A stretch of DNA of 64,000 nt from positions 48,176,001-48,240,000 of the forward strand of contig OZ076409.1 of the NCBI GenBank assembly GCA_964187785.1, given 5' to 3'. Source of the stretch: Amphiscolops sp. MND2022. Its lineage: Eukaryota. The notes beneath the pieces are model-generated. The model had not been told where the DNA came from and searched no databases. It saw only the letters and a program-made list of their open reading frames with translations. Each line of letters begins with the position of its first letter. The stretch's first letter is position 1. This document shows, in pieces, positions 1 to 11,249 of the stretch. A program made the position numbers and the translations under genes.

Positions 1-143
1 TCTCTTGGCAAACTGACACTTATATTCGAGTTTGCGTTATTGACTGTCGCCAAACTACTTGGACTATACTATATGAAATCAATTTTATGAATAGGTTTTT
101 CAAGAGTGTATTTATTTTTTAAAGAAAACATATCTGTGTTCAT
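1..143 (-). pseudogene. Probable Polinton major capsid protein, N-terminal fragment running off the window edge
   Basis: Manual translation from ATAAATG at 143: MNTDMFSLKNKYTLEKPIHKIDFI*YSPSSLATVNNANSNISVSLPR. Resembles Polinton MCP N-termini (I..Y.P.....N......I). One in-frame TAG at 69-71. Confidence 0.5.
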
Positions 144-212
144 TTATAATAAAAAATTATTGCGAAAGCTCCGCGAAAGCTCTGTAAAACTATGTGGGCA
201 CAGTTTCGCAAA

Positions 213-1068
213 TTACTCAAATTTGTGGAAAATATTCATATTTTCTAACGTTTTGTTGTTAGAGTCAAAGTTGAATATGCTTCTTAAAAAATCTTGTTCA
301 TAGTATTTTCCTCGAATAATTTCTCCATTTTCATCATTTAGAGTGTATGTTACTGGGTTTGTTTTGTTGATGCTGTGTATTTTAAAAAGTTCTCTATTCC
401 AATTTGTTGTATAACCTTTTGAATAAATATTCCTTTTGTCAGGAACTCTTACAAAATCCCCCACTTGGAATTTGGGTTGTTCCGGTTTATTAACAAAAGT
501 AGGTGGATCTATTGGTTTTTTATTCGCTTCAAAAGGTGTCATTTTTGTTGTGGTATGGACACGATTAAATATACTTATCCAAAGCATTATTAATGTGATT
601 CAACCAGTTACCTTTACCCTCAATATACATTGGTTCTTTGATTAAGTCCAAAAGTGTTCTATTGAAACGTTCAACAAAAACAGCCTTCAAATCTGAATTA
701 GTTGAATAAATTTGAATGTTTTGCTCTTTTAAATATTGTAAAAATGTTGTGTTGTAAAACTCTTTACCTCTATCACTCCAAATTTTGTGTGGTTTTCTCT
801 TCTCTTTTTCAATGAGACCTTTTAATGCAGTAGTTGTACTTTTTAATGATTTATCTTTGAGGGGAATCGCCCATGCATATTTAGTATGATTGTCAATTAT
901 TGTCAATATAAACTTGTAGTTTTTGTTGTATTTGCCTAAATTTGAGCGATCAATTAAATCGATACTCCAACATACATCTTTATAGTGAGTTTGTATTTGA
1001 ATTCTTTGAAACTTCTTGATTACAGGAGAGAATATTTCTTTAGCAATTTCTTTCTTATTTTGATTCAT
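213..1068 (-). pseudogene. Polinton retroviral-type (rve) integrase, frameshifted
   Basis: DDE motifs WSIDL / WSDRGKEF / VERFNRTL in ORF 565-1068. C-terminal KFQVGDFVRV...KGYTTNWNRELF...YYEQD in ORF 213-587. Frameshift near 570. Confidence 0.92.
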
Positions 1069-1091
1069 TTATAACAATTTTTTATAAATAA

Positions 1092-2318
1092 ATGAATAAT
1101 GATTATTGCTTGCAGAGCTATAGAAATAATTATCAAGGTGAAGGAGACGGCGCGGGAGGCGGCGCGAGAGCTGGTGCAACCAATTGGTTTCATAAAACAC
1201 GAATCTATAAACTAATCACAAATCCTATGTTTATTGTATGTTTAATTATATTTATAGGTATTAATGTTGTAATATATTGGAATTATATTCGCCCTAGACA
1301 GTTTAAAACAATTTATGAAAAACTACTACAATTTGCAGGGTTCAAATACTCTCATCTGACAAACCAGGAACGCGAAGCCCCCCTGGATACACGCGAAGCT
1401 ACGCACAACAACAACTCACATAACAATTCTCATTGCAACGCGCATTTCATATTCTATGGCAGTAGTGGCTCTGGGAAGACAAGTTTTTAAAAGCATTATT
1501 TGGCACAACGTCCCCACGACAAGTCCTGTGATAACCCCCGCAGTTATTTAGTATTTGGGAGAGATGAACGTGAGTTTCCCTCTCAAAATTTTGTACCACT
1601 ACTGCAGTTGGAGAAAGTTAGTATTGAATCACTTGCTAATAAAATTGTTGTACTGGATGATGCAGGTCCATACAAGAACCTTAGATTGAAAGTAGAAGAC
1701 CTTTTCCGATTTGGTAGACACTTGGGGATTCAAGTAATTTATCTCGCTCACTATGCAAAGGATGTACTTCCAATCGTGAGGGAAAATTGCTTCAAAATAT
1801 ACTTAACAATTAATAACCCAGATAATTTCTTCGAGCCGATTGCACAAACTTATGCAATAGCTTCCGCGAAAGCTAACGCAATTAATGGACTTAATTGGAA
1901 ATACTACCGGGATCAGTTAGAATATGGCATAGTTGAATTTGACACAAGGAGTCAGAAATACAAGGTATTAAACAACAAGTACAACTTAATTTATGATTCG
2001 AGCAAACGAAGTAAATGGGGTCCAGAACAACTTGTTGCTTATGAAAGTTACTTTTTCACTGGTGATGAATACAACAAACTCAAAATTTTCTCAGAGGAAA
2101 TGTCCGACCAGACAATTGAAATAACACCACTCAACATAGCTTATTATTATGTAGCATATTGCAAACAAAATAATATTAAAGTAAATGAATCCAAAATAGA
2201 CAACTACGTTGAGCGTATGCAAAAACCACTAATTAGTGATTCAGTTAAAGAGGACTTCAAGAAGTTAATTTATGATCATGCAAAAAATTTTACTAAAAAT
2301 AAGCTAAATAATGTTTAG
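1092..2318 (+). pseudogene. A32/FtsK-like packaging ATPase 1 with N-terminal hydrophobic segment; one premature stop
   Basis: Walker A GSSGSGKTS, Walker B IVVLDDAG, GRHLGIQVIYLAH motif. ORFs 1092-1490 and 1500-2318 are in the same frame, separated by TAA at 1488-1490. Confidence 0.8.
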
Positions 2319-2620
2319 TGATTATTTATTGATTATTTAGTGATTAGTGATTATTTAGTGATTATTTAGTGATTCTTAGTGATCTCTAAATTTCTCTAAA
2401 TTCCTCTAAGAATCACTAAGGTTTCACTAAGAGCATTTATTTTCACTAAATTTCACTATAATCTTTAATCTTAGAGAAATAAATACTCTTAGAGACACTT
2501 AGTGAAACCTTAGTGATTTAGTGAAATTTGCTTAGTGACTACATAGTGATTACATAGTGATTACAAAGTGATTACATAGTGATACTGAGTGATTCTTAGA
2601 GGAATTTAGTGATTTTTTAC
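2318..2620. repeat. Intergenic TTAGTGAT-type short repeats with nested inverted repeats
   Basis: 2396-2417 is the exact reverse complement of 2588-2609, and 2411-2431 of 2498-2518. TACATAGTGAT-like unit repeated about 4 times at 2540-2583. Confidence 0.85.
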
Positions 2621-2627
2621 TAAATAA

Positions 2628-3700
2628 ATGAATTGCTTAATTTGTAAAAAAAGTAGTGAAAAAAGTTTGTGTGATGATTGTAGTAATAAAAAAAGATGTA
2701 AGGAATGTAATATTATGAAGAATTGTAATACTTTTTATTCATACAAAAATGGTAAAACGTACAATTCATGCAAAGTGTGTTTTAATAAAAAGGTGAGGTG
2801 TGAATTTTGTAATAAGCAATTAAACAAAAGATATTTAAGGTCAAACATCAAGAAGCAACACTTGTATCAGCATTATAATCGCGCGAAAGCTGCCGCAGGA
2901 GCATTCGCAGCTTCGCACACAACTGCACAGCTTCGCACAAATATTAATACCGGGGTGACTTGCTTCCCACACAGCTTCGCGATAGCTACCGCAATAGCTA
3001 CCGCACACATAATAATAATAATGATGATAATAATAATAATGATAATAATGCGGAAGCTAACGCGAAAGCTATCGCTAATGATGATAATAATAGTGGTGTG
3101 AACGAAACTAATAGAACATTATTAGTTGGCCCATCATTTTGTGGTAAGACTCATTTGTTGTTGAATAAATTACGATTGATTCGTTTGGAAGATCCAGAGA
3201 AACAAATACGTATCATTACAAGGAGTCCGGAACAATATGAGGATGTGGAGCTTTATATTCAAGGAATAGAAGTGGAAGAAAATGTGGGGGATTTGGAAGA
3301 GTATAGGAGGTGTTGTGTAGTATTTGATGATATGTTAGACTCCAACCAGAAATTGATTGATCCATTTTTTACTAGGGGAAGACACAAATCTTGTGATGTT
3401 TATTATTTATGTCAGAGTTATTTTGATGCACCAAAAAAGACAGTTAGAAACAATTCGAATATAATAATTTTATTTCAACAAACACTGAAAGATGTAGAAC
3501 ATATTCATAGGGACATATCAGGTTTTGATATGTCTTATGAGGAATTCAAAAGTTTGTGCAGAGAAGCATGGAACGAAAAATTCAATTATTTATTAATAAA
3601 CAGATTGGAAGATAAAAATGGGAGTAGGTACAGGATTTGTAATGAATCTAATACAAATTACAAGATCTTTAATCCACAAACTGATCCTTTAAGTAATTGA
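2628..3700 (+). pseudogene. Cys-rich Zn-finger N-terminus plus A32-like packaging ATPase 2 (probably one frameshifted gene)
   Basis: CxxC pairs in 2628-2870. Walker A GPSFCGKT, Walker B VVFDDML, RGRHKSCDVYYLCQSY and VRNNSN motifs in ORF 2960-3700. Confidence 0.85.
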
Positions 3701-4722
3701 GGGGCTTTGTGAGGAGATCAAGTTGCTTCGTATATTTTGGTGTTGAGAAGGTGATATGCATTCATACTCCAGGAGTTTATCTATAATTGCAATAATTTGT
3801 TCATTAATCAGAAAACTATCATTTCCTCCAACTTTTTTAAAATAAAGTAGTTTCAATTGATCCACTAATTCGTCTGAGTCAGATGGGAGGAAAATGTACT
3901 GTTGTGTGGAGCTTCGTGTGGAACTTCGCGAAGTTTCGCGATAGCTTTCACCATTTAATCCACTTCCTGTGAAGCCCTGTGTATAGCTCTGTGATTGGCT
4001 CTGTGAATCATGTGCTTGTGTGTAGCCCTGTGAATCATGTGCTTGTAATTGATAGCGAGAGAATAATTCTTTAATAAATTGATATCTGATTGATTTTTTA
4101 TCTCCATAATTTAGATCATATTTCATATCATTTAGGAAGTTATAAATTGGGCCCCAGTTCTTTATTGGTTTGTCAAATTGTGTATTAGTTATAAAATATT
4201 GAAGATCTGGGTTACTAAGATCATATGAATTCCCATTCTCGAAAGTCATTGTTGAACCTTTAATTAGTACTTGTTGTGGGTTATGGGGATTAATTGTGAA
4301 TAAATTAGGATTGTCTTGTGTATTTGGTTCTAAACTAAATTGACTTTTGTTTTTGTCATTAGGTAATTTTTAGAAACTGTTTTTACAATACTAGAATCAA
4401 CCTGGTTGGAACTAACAAGACTTGTAAGAAGTTGGTTGTTTTGATTTGTAATTTCATTATATTGTTTTATTCCTTCTTTAATAGAATTTTGAAGAGTATC
4501 ATTATTGTGTTCTATTGCTCTTGTCTGATTTTCAATGGCTTGTAGTTGTTTTTCATTTGATTCCACCTGCTTTGTAGTAACAGGTTCAAAAACTTCTTCA
4601 AGGTCGTAATGAAAGTCTTGCTTCCCTAGTTTCTCTTTTAATCTTTCTTTGCGTACTAAAGATTTTGTTTCTTGTAAATTTTTTAATTTTTCCAAGTCAT
4701 CTCGGGTGTGAATTGAATACAT
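3689..4722 (-). pseudogene. Polinton conserved uncharacterised protein (coiled-coil N-terminus), frameshifted
   Basis: ORFs 4330-4722 and 3689-4249. The C-terminal FLPSDSDELVDQLKLL...GGND...NEQIIAIIDKLLE motif resembles a recurrent Polinton ORF. Confidence 0.6.
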
Positions 4723-4735
4723 TTATTAAGTATAA

Positions 4736-5212
4736 TTAGTGGATTTTCCCCAGATACAGGCCTTTACTATTAGTTCTTGCTTTTCTGCCTTTACTCGACA
4801 AACCTTCGCGAAGCCCTTCGGCTTTGCAGAGGCCCTTCCCTTGATGTACAAATTTAATGACCTCGGTTGCAGTTGCAGCAATTAATCGTGGATTTTTACT
4901 TGCTGCTGCAGTTCCAATATTTGCTACTATTTCTAGTGCACGGCCTGGGTTATTGAGTATTTTCTTTCCAACGTTTTTGGCTGCAGAACCTAAATGTTTA
5001 AAGAAGTCTCCCAATCCTTCCGCATTTATTGTTCGTTCAGATACAATTAGACTCTTATTTCTGTTACACGTTACGCAGTTGCCACGTAATATGTATACGG
5101 GCCTACCAATCCGTATCCCAGTGTTTGTTGTATCTCCATAAATATTTGTGGTGGGAGAATATTGTTTTCCACCAACACAATATGAATTATTTATAAATTT
5201 ATTATGACTCAT
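4736..5212 (-). CDS. Small Zn-ribbon plus amphipathic-helix virion protein (adenovirus pVI/pX-like, membrane-active candidate)
   Basis: YCVGGKQ...GNCVTC followed by the amphipathic EGLGDFFKHLGSAAKNVGKKIL. Located next to the capsid and protease genes. Confidence 0.55.
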   Translation of the reverse strand: MSHNKFINNSYCVGGKQYSPTTNIYGDTTNTGIRIGRPVYILRGNCVTCNRNKSLIVSERTINAEGLGDFFKHLGSAAKNVGKKILNNPGRALEIVANIGTAAASKNPRLIAATATEVIKFVHQGKGLCKAEGLREGLSSKGRKARTNSKGLYLGKIH

Positions 5213-5215
5213 TTA

Positions 5216-6330
5216 TTAGAAAAAAAAATTATCATTTTTGTGGAGCTTCGCGAAAGCTATCGCCCAACATGATATTTTAATAATTTGAATTGTGAAGGTG
5301 AGTGTCTCCCCGTTGAAATCAACTGAATCATGATTAGAGTCCTCAAGGAAAAATTGAATGGTGTCCAGTCGTGTTTTGTTTATCAGCTTGTACAAAACAG
5401 TTGTGGGTTCTTTTATAATTTTATATCCGGGAGGTGCGCTTAAATTGAAAGAAAATAAAATTTGTTCTCGTATACCATTAACAATTGAACCATCTACGCA
5501 GTCGCACTTCAGATGAACTTTGTCTGTGGTTGTTATCATGACTGGTTTTTCTGAAGTGTGAGTTCCGGATGGGTAATCACGTTGTGTAAATCCCAGGACT
5601 TTGTTAAGTTCGGAGTTAAAATGAATAGGATTTGAGGTTGTTAAAACTGATTTCATCGATATTGTGTCGGGTATTATGTTGAATTCAATACTAAAAACTG
5701 TAAGATCTTTTTTGAATTTTGACTTATCATCTAATTCATAACCTGAATCAGTAATTATTTGTTTTATGGTATTATTTTTTTCAATCAGTTCGTATACGCC
5801 TGGAGCTAAATTTATATCAATAAACTCATTCTCAATTTCAAAGTTTGGAATAGTTATAGGAATGTTGCTCTTCATTTGCTTTAAATAGTCAAAATCTTTT
5901 TTCGGAAGTTTCTTCTTTTTTTATAACTAGTAAGTAAATATATATTAGCTTTTTCTATAAATTCATAGTAAAGTTTATTATTTTCTAAATCATAAGTTTC
6001 ATACAACTTCTTTATATTTGGCACCACTCCTGTGTCAAACTCAAGTGCATCGAGTTGTCGATCATTTAGAATAATCTGTAGTTTGTTATTGCTGTTAGTG
6101 ATATTATAAACTGTATTGTATACTTCTAAACTTGTTACTCCCATCATCCATTTTTCATTTAAAATGAGAGGAACATCAAATGAGAAAGATTTTTTTTGTT
6201 TATTCATTTTAAATTCTAGAGTTTCTTGTGGTTTAGAATGAGTATTTACTACAATTTCTTGATTAGATTTTGCAATACTTAAAAGAAGAGATTCTTTTTT
6301 ATCATAAGTTACAAAGCTTGATAGATCCAT
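5216..6330 (-). pseudogene. Polinton minor capsid (penton-like) protein, frameshifted
   Basis: C-terminal VHLKCDCVDGSIVNG...ILFSF...PPGYKIIKEP...LY...IQFFLED...VDFNGETLTFTIQI and N-terminal W.MGVTSLEVYNTVYNITNSNNK are typical of Polinton minor capsids. Split over ORFs 5881-6330 and 5216-5875. Confidence 0.8.
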
Positions 6331-6333
6331 TTA

Positions 6334-6534
6334 TTATAGATTAAATTGTTTGAATCCACTAGCGGAAATGTTATTTATAAATTCTTGTCTATCTTTTGAT
6401 AATGTTTTCTTATGAAAATTTGTTCTATTTTTTCCATGATTTTGATTTTGATTGTGAAGCTGTTCTGTGAAATTTTGTGCGAAGCTGTGCGAGATAATTT
6501 TATATTGAGTTGAATAATTATTAATTTTCTTCAT
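6334..6534 (-). CDS. Small Polinton ORF, unknown function
   Basis: 66-aa ORF starting with the same ATAAATG as neighbouring genes, tightly packed between the protease and minor capsid genes. Confidence 0.45.
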   Translation of the reverse strand: MKKINNYSTQYKIISHSFAQNFTEQLHNQNQNHGKNRTNFHKKTLSKDRQEFINNISASGFKQFNL

Positions 6535-6957
6535 TTATCAAGTTTGAAAGTTTGGTAGTATAAATTTAGTACTGCATTTTTGAACCCAATTTTATTTGTG
6601 AGATACAGTGTGTATAAACAATACGCCGCGCAATAACTGTCGTTGGTCTGAATTTGATATTCTGAATAAATACCATTTTTAATATGATTAGGTATATTAG
6701 TTGGGGGTGGGCATCCATATGAATCAAAATAATTTTGATTTGTAAACATAACCCAATGTGTTCCTTTAGTTGGATGTAAGTTAACTATACCACTGGTAGT
6801 GTTAAACTTATCATCTCTCATGTATATTCCACATGGAATATTTAATTCGCTGGAGGCACCAAGCCTATCAAGTATTTCTTTTTTTTTTTACATTAGAAGT
6901 TGCTTCGTTTTTTAGTCTGTATTTTTCAACAAATTCTTTGAATGATAAATAGTTCAT
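6531..6957 (-). pseudogene. Adenain-like cysteine protease, frameshifted
   Basis: GIVNL...GTHWV...YFDSYG.PPP...QIQ...SYCAAYCLY (His/Asp/Gln/Cys catalytic set). ATG at 6957 is out of frame with the catalytic part, probably through the T run near 6880. Confidence 0.88.
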
Positions 6958-6984
6958 TTATTAGTTATTTTTCATTGTTGCTGG

Positions 6985-7304
6985 CTGTACATTAACGCTG
7001 GTTGTACATTAACGCTAGTTGCACATTAGCGCTGGTTGCAACGTTGACATTAAACTATAGAGGTTAGTGAATTTTGCTTCATGGCAAAAACACTGTTTTT
7101 GATGATTTGTTTTCTAAAAAGTCCTTAAAATCAATGGTTTTGGCGTAGCTTCGCGGACTTTTAATTTTTGGGGTTTTGTTGGCCAGTATCGGAAAACCAT
7201 TGTTTTTAATGATATGTTTTCTAAAAAGTCCTTAAAATCAATGGTTTTGAGTACTTTTAATTTTTGGAGTTTTTGTGGCCAGTATCGGGATTTCCACTAC
7301 TACT
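6985..7304. repeat. Polinton terminal region with 17-bp tandem repeats and two ~100-bp direct repeats
   Basis: ACATTAACGCTGGTTGT-like unit x3 at ~6989-7040. Direct repeats at ~7086-7192 and ~7193-7290. Terminal ACTACTACT. Confidence 0.75.
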
Positions 7305-10225
7305 AATTATTAAAATTTTTTCACTTCAAATTTTTTCCTTTAAAAAACTCAGTGCCCAAAATCCCAAAAAAGACCACAATTTCGCAAAACTATTATTCCA
7401 AGCCAAAAAAGTAATAAAACTGAAAGTGGTACACTTCTATCGAACAAATGTTTTTTCAAAAAAACAACAGTGCCAAAAAACGTAGGTCCTTCCCACAGTT
7501 ATTGGAAGAAGTTTCATCAGTTGCAAAGGAGCAAAAGTATAATCAATGAGCTTACTCGTATGACTCGGAACAGAGTTTTCATAACAGAAAACATCAAAAA
7601 ACCCAAAACTGTATAAAAAAATCAATTAATTTGATTTTTTTAATCTTTGGTAAACCGCCTTCAGCCGAAAAAAAACCTAACGTAGTCCTCTCTGCTCTCA
7701 AAACGCTTTGTTTCTGCAGAAATCAAAAGGGGTCTAAAAATCTACTCACTTCGATTGAAACCTCCGCCTCTTCCTACCTAAAGACCAAATAAATAACGTC
7801 AAAGTTCGGATATAGGGCAAAAATTTTGAACCTCCAACTCCGCTTTAGTGAAATACAACTCACTTCGTATATAACATCAATACCATTGAAAAATAGGCCA
7901 AGAAACGTTATATCTGGTGTAGGTAATATCTGGTAAGACTTAAATCCGGTATAGGTTGTTATTGTCGAAACGGACTCCTTACCACCTTTTACAGTTCAAA
8001 TGTAGAACGTAGATGGCCGAAAAAGACTTTACCAAAACTGAAGAATTTTTGGTAGAACTAATTTGACTAGCTCAGGTGTATCAAAAAAAACTGACATAGA
8101 GCCAAGACCACAGCCGCTTTTTTCTAAACGATTATTACAGTTACATTTTTTTTCTTTTTTTGAGACAGGTGCTAGTTCGACCAAGTTCGAAATTTCTGTT
8201 CAGTTTGTTCAACTAAAAAATACTTAGTAAACCCATTTAGGTCAGTGCACAGGGTTCCCTTTTTCAACATAACATAGAAAACCAAACGAGACCAAAGGGT
8301 CCCCCTTTCAAATTTATAGGCTTTGTGAGACTTTTTGTCAAGAGTGCTCGCAAAAGAAATAAAAAAAGGTCGCCCCCACCAAAAAAAAACAAAATTCGGA
8401 TAAGACGTGCTGGGTCACTGAGAAAACGCAATTTTAGTACAAAAAATTGCCATTTCGAAAAATCTCACCGAAAATTGTAAAATGGAGATCTTTTGGAAAC
8501 GTTAAAAATTTCGAAATAAAGTCTTACAAGGATAAAAAACTTTGGTCAATTGCAAAACTCGGAGTCCTGTGGTTCTGCTTCTCGGACCTCGAAAATTCTG
8601 GGTTAACCTAAGCGCCAAGTGGCAGTAGAAGGTACCACAAGTTTCTAAGAAACAGATAAAACTTATAAAAACTGTCAGTTCGTCTGTCTTAAAATGTAAA
8701 ACCTCATGACTATAGTCTGCTCTTCCTACGAAAGCGCCGACTAGAAACCTCGCCAAACTGTGAAACTTCGCCATTTGGTTCAGGGAAACCAGATAAAATC
8801 GAAATGATGGATAAGTTGGATAAAACCATTCAGTGTGAGAAGTAGTGCAAATATTTAGGCTTTCACTTGCAAAGTTCGTTGAGATTCAATCGCCATACTG
8901 ATGATGTAGTGGAAAAGTTGAACAAATTTTGTAGTCCTTTCAAAAGAGATCGTCACCTTCAAGACAAAAAACGCCTTTTGTTGTTCTTTAACTTGATTGC
9001 AAAGTCCGTGAACTCTAATGATTTACTGATTTACGGCAGCCGCTAAAATCAAACTAGGGAAATTTTAAAGGGCTCAGCGACGTAACTATTTTTACGAAAC
9101 GAAAATACGACTCATTAGTGACAATTTTGCTTGAAATTCAATTTTATCCGGTCATTGATTTGTATTTTGTTGAACTCATCATAGAAGTGTTTCGACAGGT
9201 TTAGAAATAATCCCTATCGACTTTCCTGCCTCAGCTGGGAACAACTGTCAATAGGACTTTTACCAGAGCAATTATTCATTACCACTGGCTAAAAGACGCA
9301 CTATAAAAAACGAAAATTCTTCAAAATGCTCTTTGTAAAAATAAAACTAGTTTTGTCAGTTCAATGTTCTACCCTGTGACTTGCATTTGATGACACAAAT
9401 CACAGAATCAAAACTAAATTTAAAAACTAGAAAGACTACATCATTGACAATCATCACTTTTTTTAAAGTTTCTTAAAATTTACAATTTTATTGTCTCAAA
9501 AGTTGAAACTGTGCCGTTAAATGAATCTCCAGGGTGAGAACTCGAAGAACTATTACGCTCCTTTCTTCGATTTAGGATATTTTGAACAAAAGTATTTCAT
9601 GTTTTGAAAAGTCTTACTTTCAATATCTAATGAAATAAAACGTTCGACTTTCATTTCCTTGGCCCAGTTAGGCGGTAGCTTTGCCAGTGTCGACTTCAAC
9701 TCAACCTACTTTAAATGGTTTATTTAGTCAGCACTATAGTTGAAACATAGCCGGTTATTATAGCAACATTTCGTTTTTAAAATATACTTTTTCCGATATT
9801 CAAAAGTGTATGGTACCAAAGCGCCACTCTCCGATTTGGGATATTTTTTGCCATTGAATATTTGCATCAAAAAATTCTGTTTTACTGAAGAGTCTTTCAA
9901 AATTTTCTTGATGTGTTCAGTTAAGAAAACGTGAGTTTAATTGGCTCCCTTCAGATTTTTGGGCACTGAAAAAACTGATTGTTTTTTTTTCAAGAACAAG
10001 CTGTGAAAAGTTGAAGGATTGTGTTCTCTTTGAGCTTCAGGCGTGGCGCTAAGTTCACCGCTTCCTGATTTTAATTAAATTTACACTTCCGGCAATAGCT
10101 TACGCGGGTGCTCCTCTCGAGGTTCAAACGCAAAAAAAACTTGAGAAGTGGCAGATTGTGTGCAAAAATGTTTTGAAAGTTTTTTAGTGGGAATTCCAAA
10201 AAAGCAGAAATTGCTTTGAAAACAG

Positions 10226-11125
10226 AACAAGACGGGAATGTCTAAAGTCGGCGCCATATCTAAGGCTCAAAAAGCTCAAACTTTTCGAAATTGTAAAAGG
10301 GGGGACCCTTTGGTTTTTTGAAAATCCAATTTGTTGCGGGGTGTAACGTCTCAAACTTCGGATATAGCGTGCTGGCCCAAATGGGAGCGCTTTTTGAACC
10401 TCCGCCTCCTCCTTGGTAAAACGGAATATAATTCGGATATAACGTCAAAAAATCGGATAGAGCGCTTTACTAAGGATATTACGTCCAAGTTTCGGATAGT
10501 TTTGGAAAAATTATTGGTAAATATATACTGAGAAAACCTAATTTCAGACGAAAAACGACAATTTTGAACAGTCTCATAGTGCCAAAAAATCTAAAATAGG
10601 GGACCCTCTGGGATTGTTTATAATCTATTATGTTACAAAAAATTTTAAAAATTGAAGGGGGACACTTTCGAGACATTAAAAAAATATTCGAGAAAAAACC
10701 AAAAATCGAAAGATAAGAATTTTGAGACAGTTTCATAGTGCCGAAAAACTTAAAAGGGGAGACACTTTGGGCTTTTAGAAACTTCAATTTGCTGTAAAAT
10801 ATCAAAAAACATGAAGGGGGGACCCTTTGGGGACAAAAAAATTTCGAAAAAAAGTCGCACAATGCCGAAAAAAACTCAAAGGGGGGACCCTATAGTCTCG
10901 TCCTGCTTTGTATCTTACAATAAAAATGGATTAACTGAAGGGGGGACCTTTTGTACTATCCAAAATGCGTTCCCCGTTTGCCGGTCCAGTAGTTTAGTAC
11001 TGAAATTAGTAGTTGAACGTTAATTTCAACGTTCGTCGCTTCGAGTCTGTCTTTTAAAAAAAAAAGAAAAAAACGAGTGACTGTAATAGTCGGGCTCTTT
11101 TATTAATAAAAGCGCCGACTAAAAA
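10226..11125 (-). mobile_element. Helentron-associated non-autonomous element (HINE/DINE-like)
   Basis: Subterminal inverted repeat AGTCGGCGC at both ends (10246 and 11112-11120), short 3' stem-loop, T-run ends. Same architecture as the copies at 35457 and 56171. Confidence 0.65.
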
Positions 11126-11129
11126 TAGC

Positions 11130-11249
11130 ATGTGCTTGGAATTGAACCCGCTACCTGCAGTCCAGGAATAGTAAACTGACTAGTAGGCCACCTAACCTTG
11201 AAACTTGGAAAAGTTCAGTCCCGGAATTGAACCCGAAAACTTTCCCCAG
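11130..11249 (-). mobile_element. tRNA-derived SINE-like fragments; the B-box half of a SINE split by an LTR insertion
   Basis: GGTTCAATTCC B boxes on the minus strand at ~11138-11148 and ~11223-11233. The matching A box lies on the far side of the LTR element at 27966-27976. Confidence 0.5.

Larger units (their letters stand above)
1..7304. mobile_element. Polinton/Maverick (adintovirus-like) endogenous virus, right part, degenerate
   Basis: Compact intronless cluster of integrase, A32-like ATPases, minor capsid, adenain protease and probable major capsid start. Ends in ...CCACTACTACT (7294-7304), the reverse complement of the AGTAGT-type Polinton terminus. PolB and the left end are not in the window. 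Confidence 0.9.

Noticed and set aside
7305..7310. Polinton 6-bp TSD (AATTAT)
   Set aside because: Cannot be verified because the left end of the element is outside the window.
11130..11240. Functional tRNA gene
   Set aside because: A and B boxes are present but no complete cloverleaf can be built; treated as SINE-derived.
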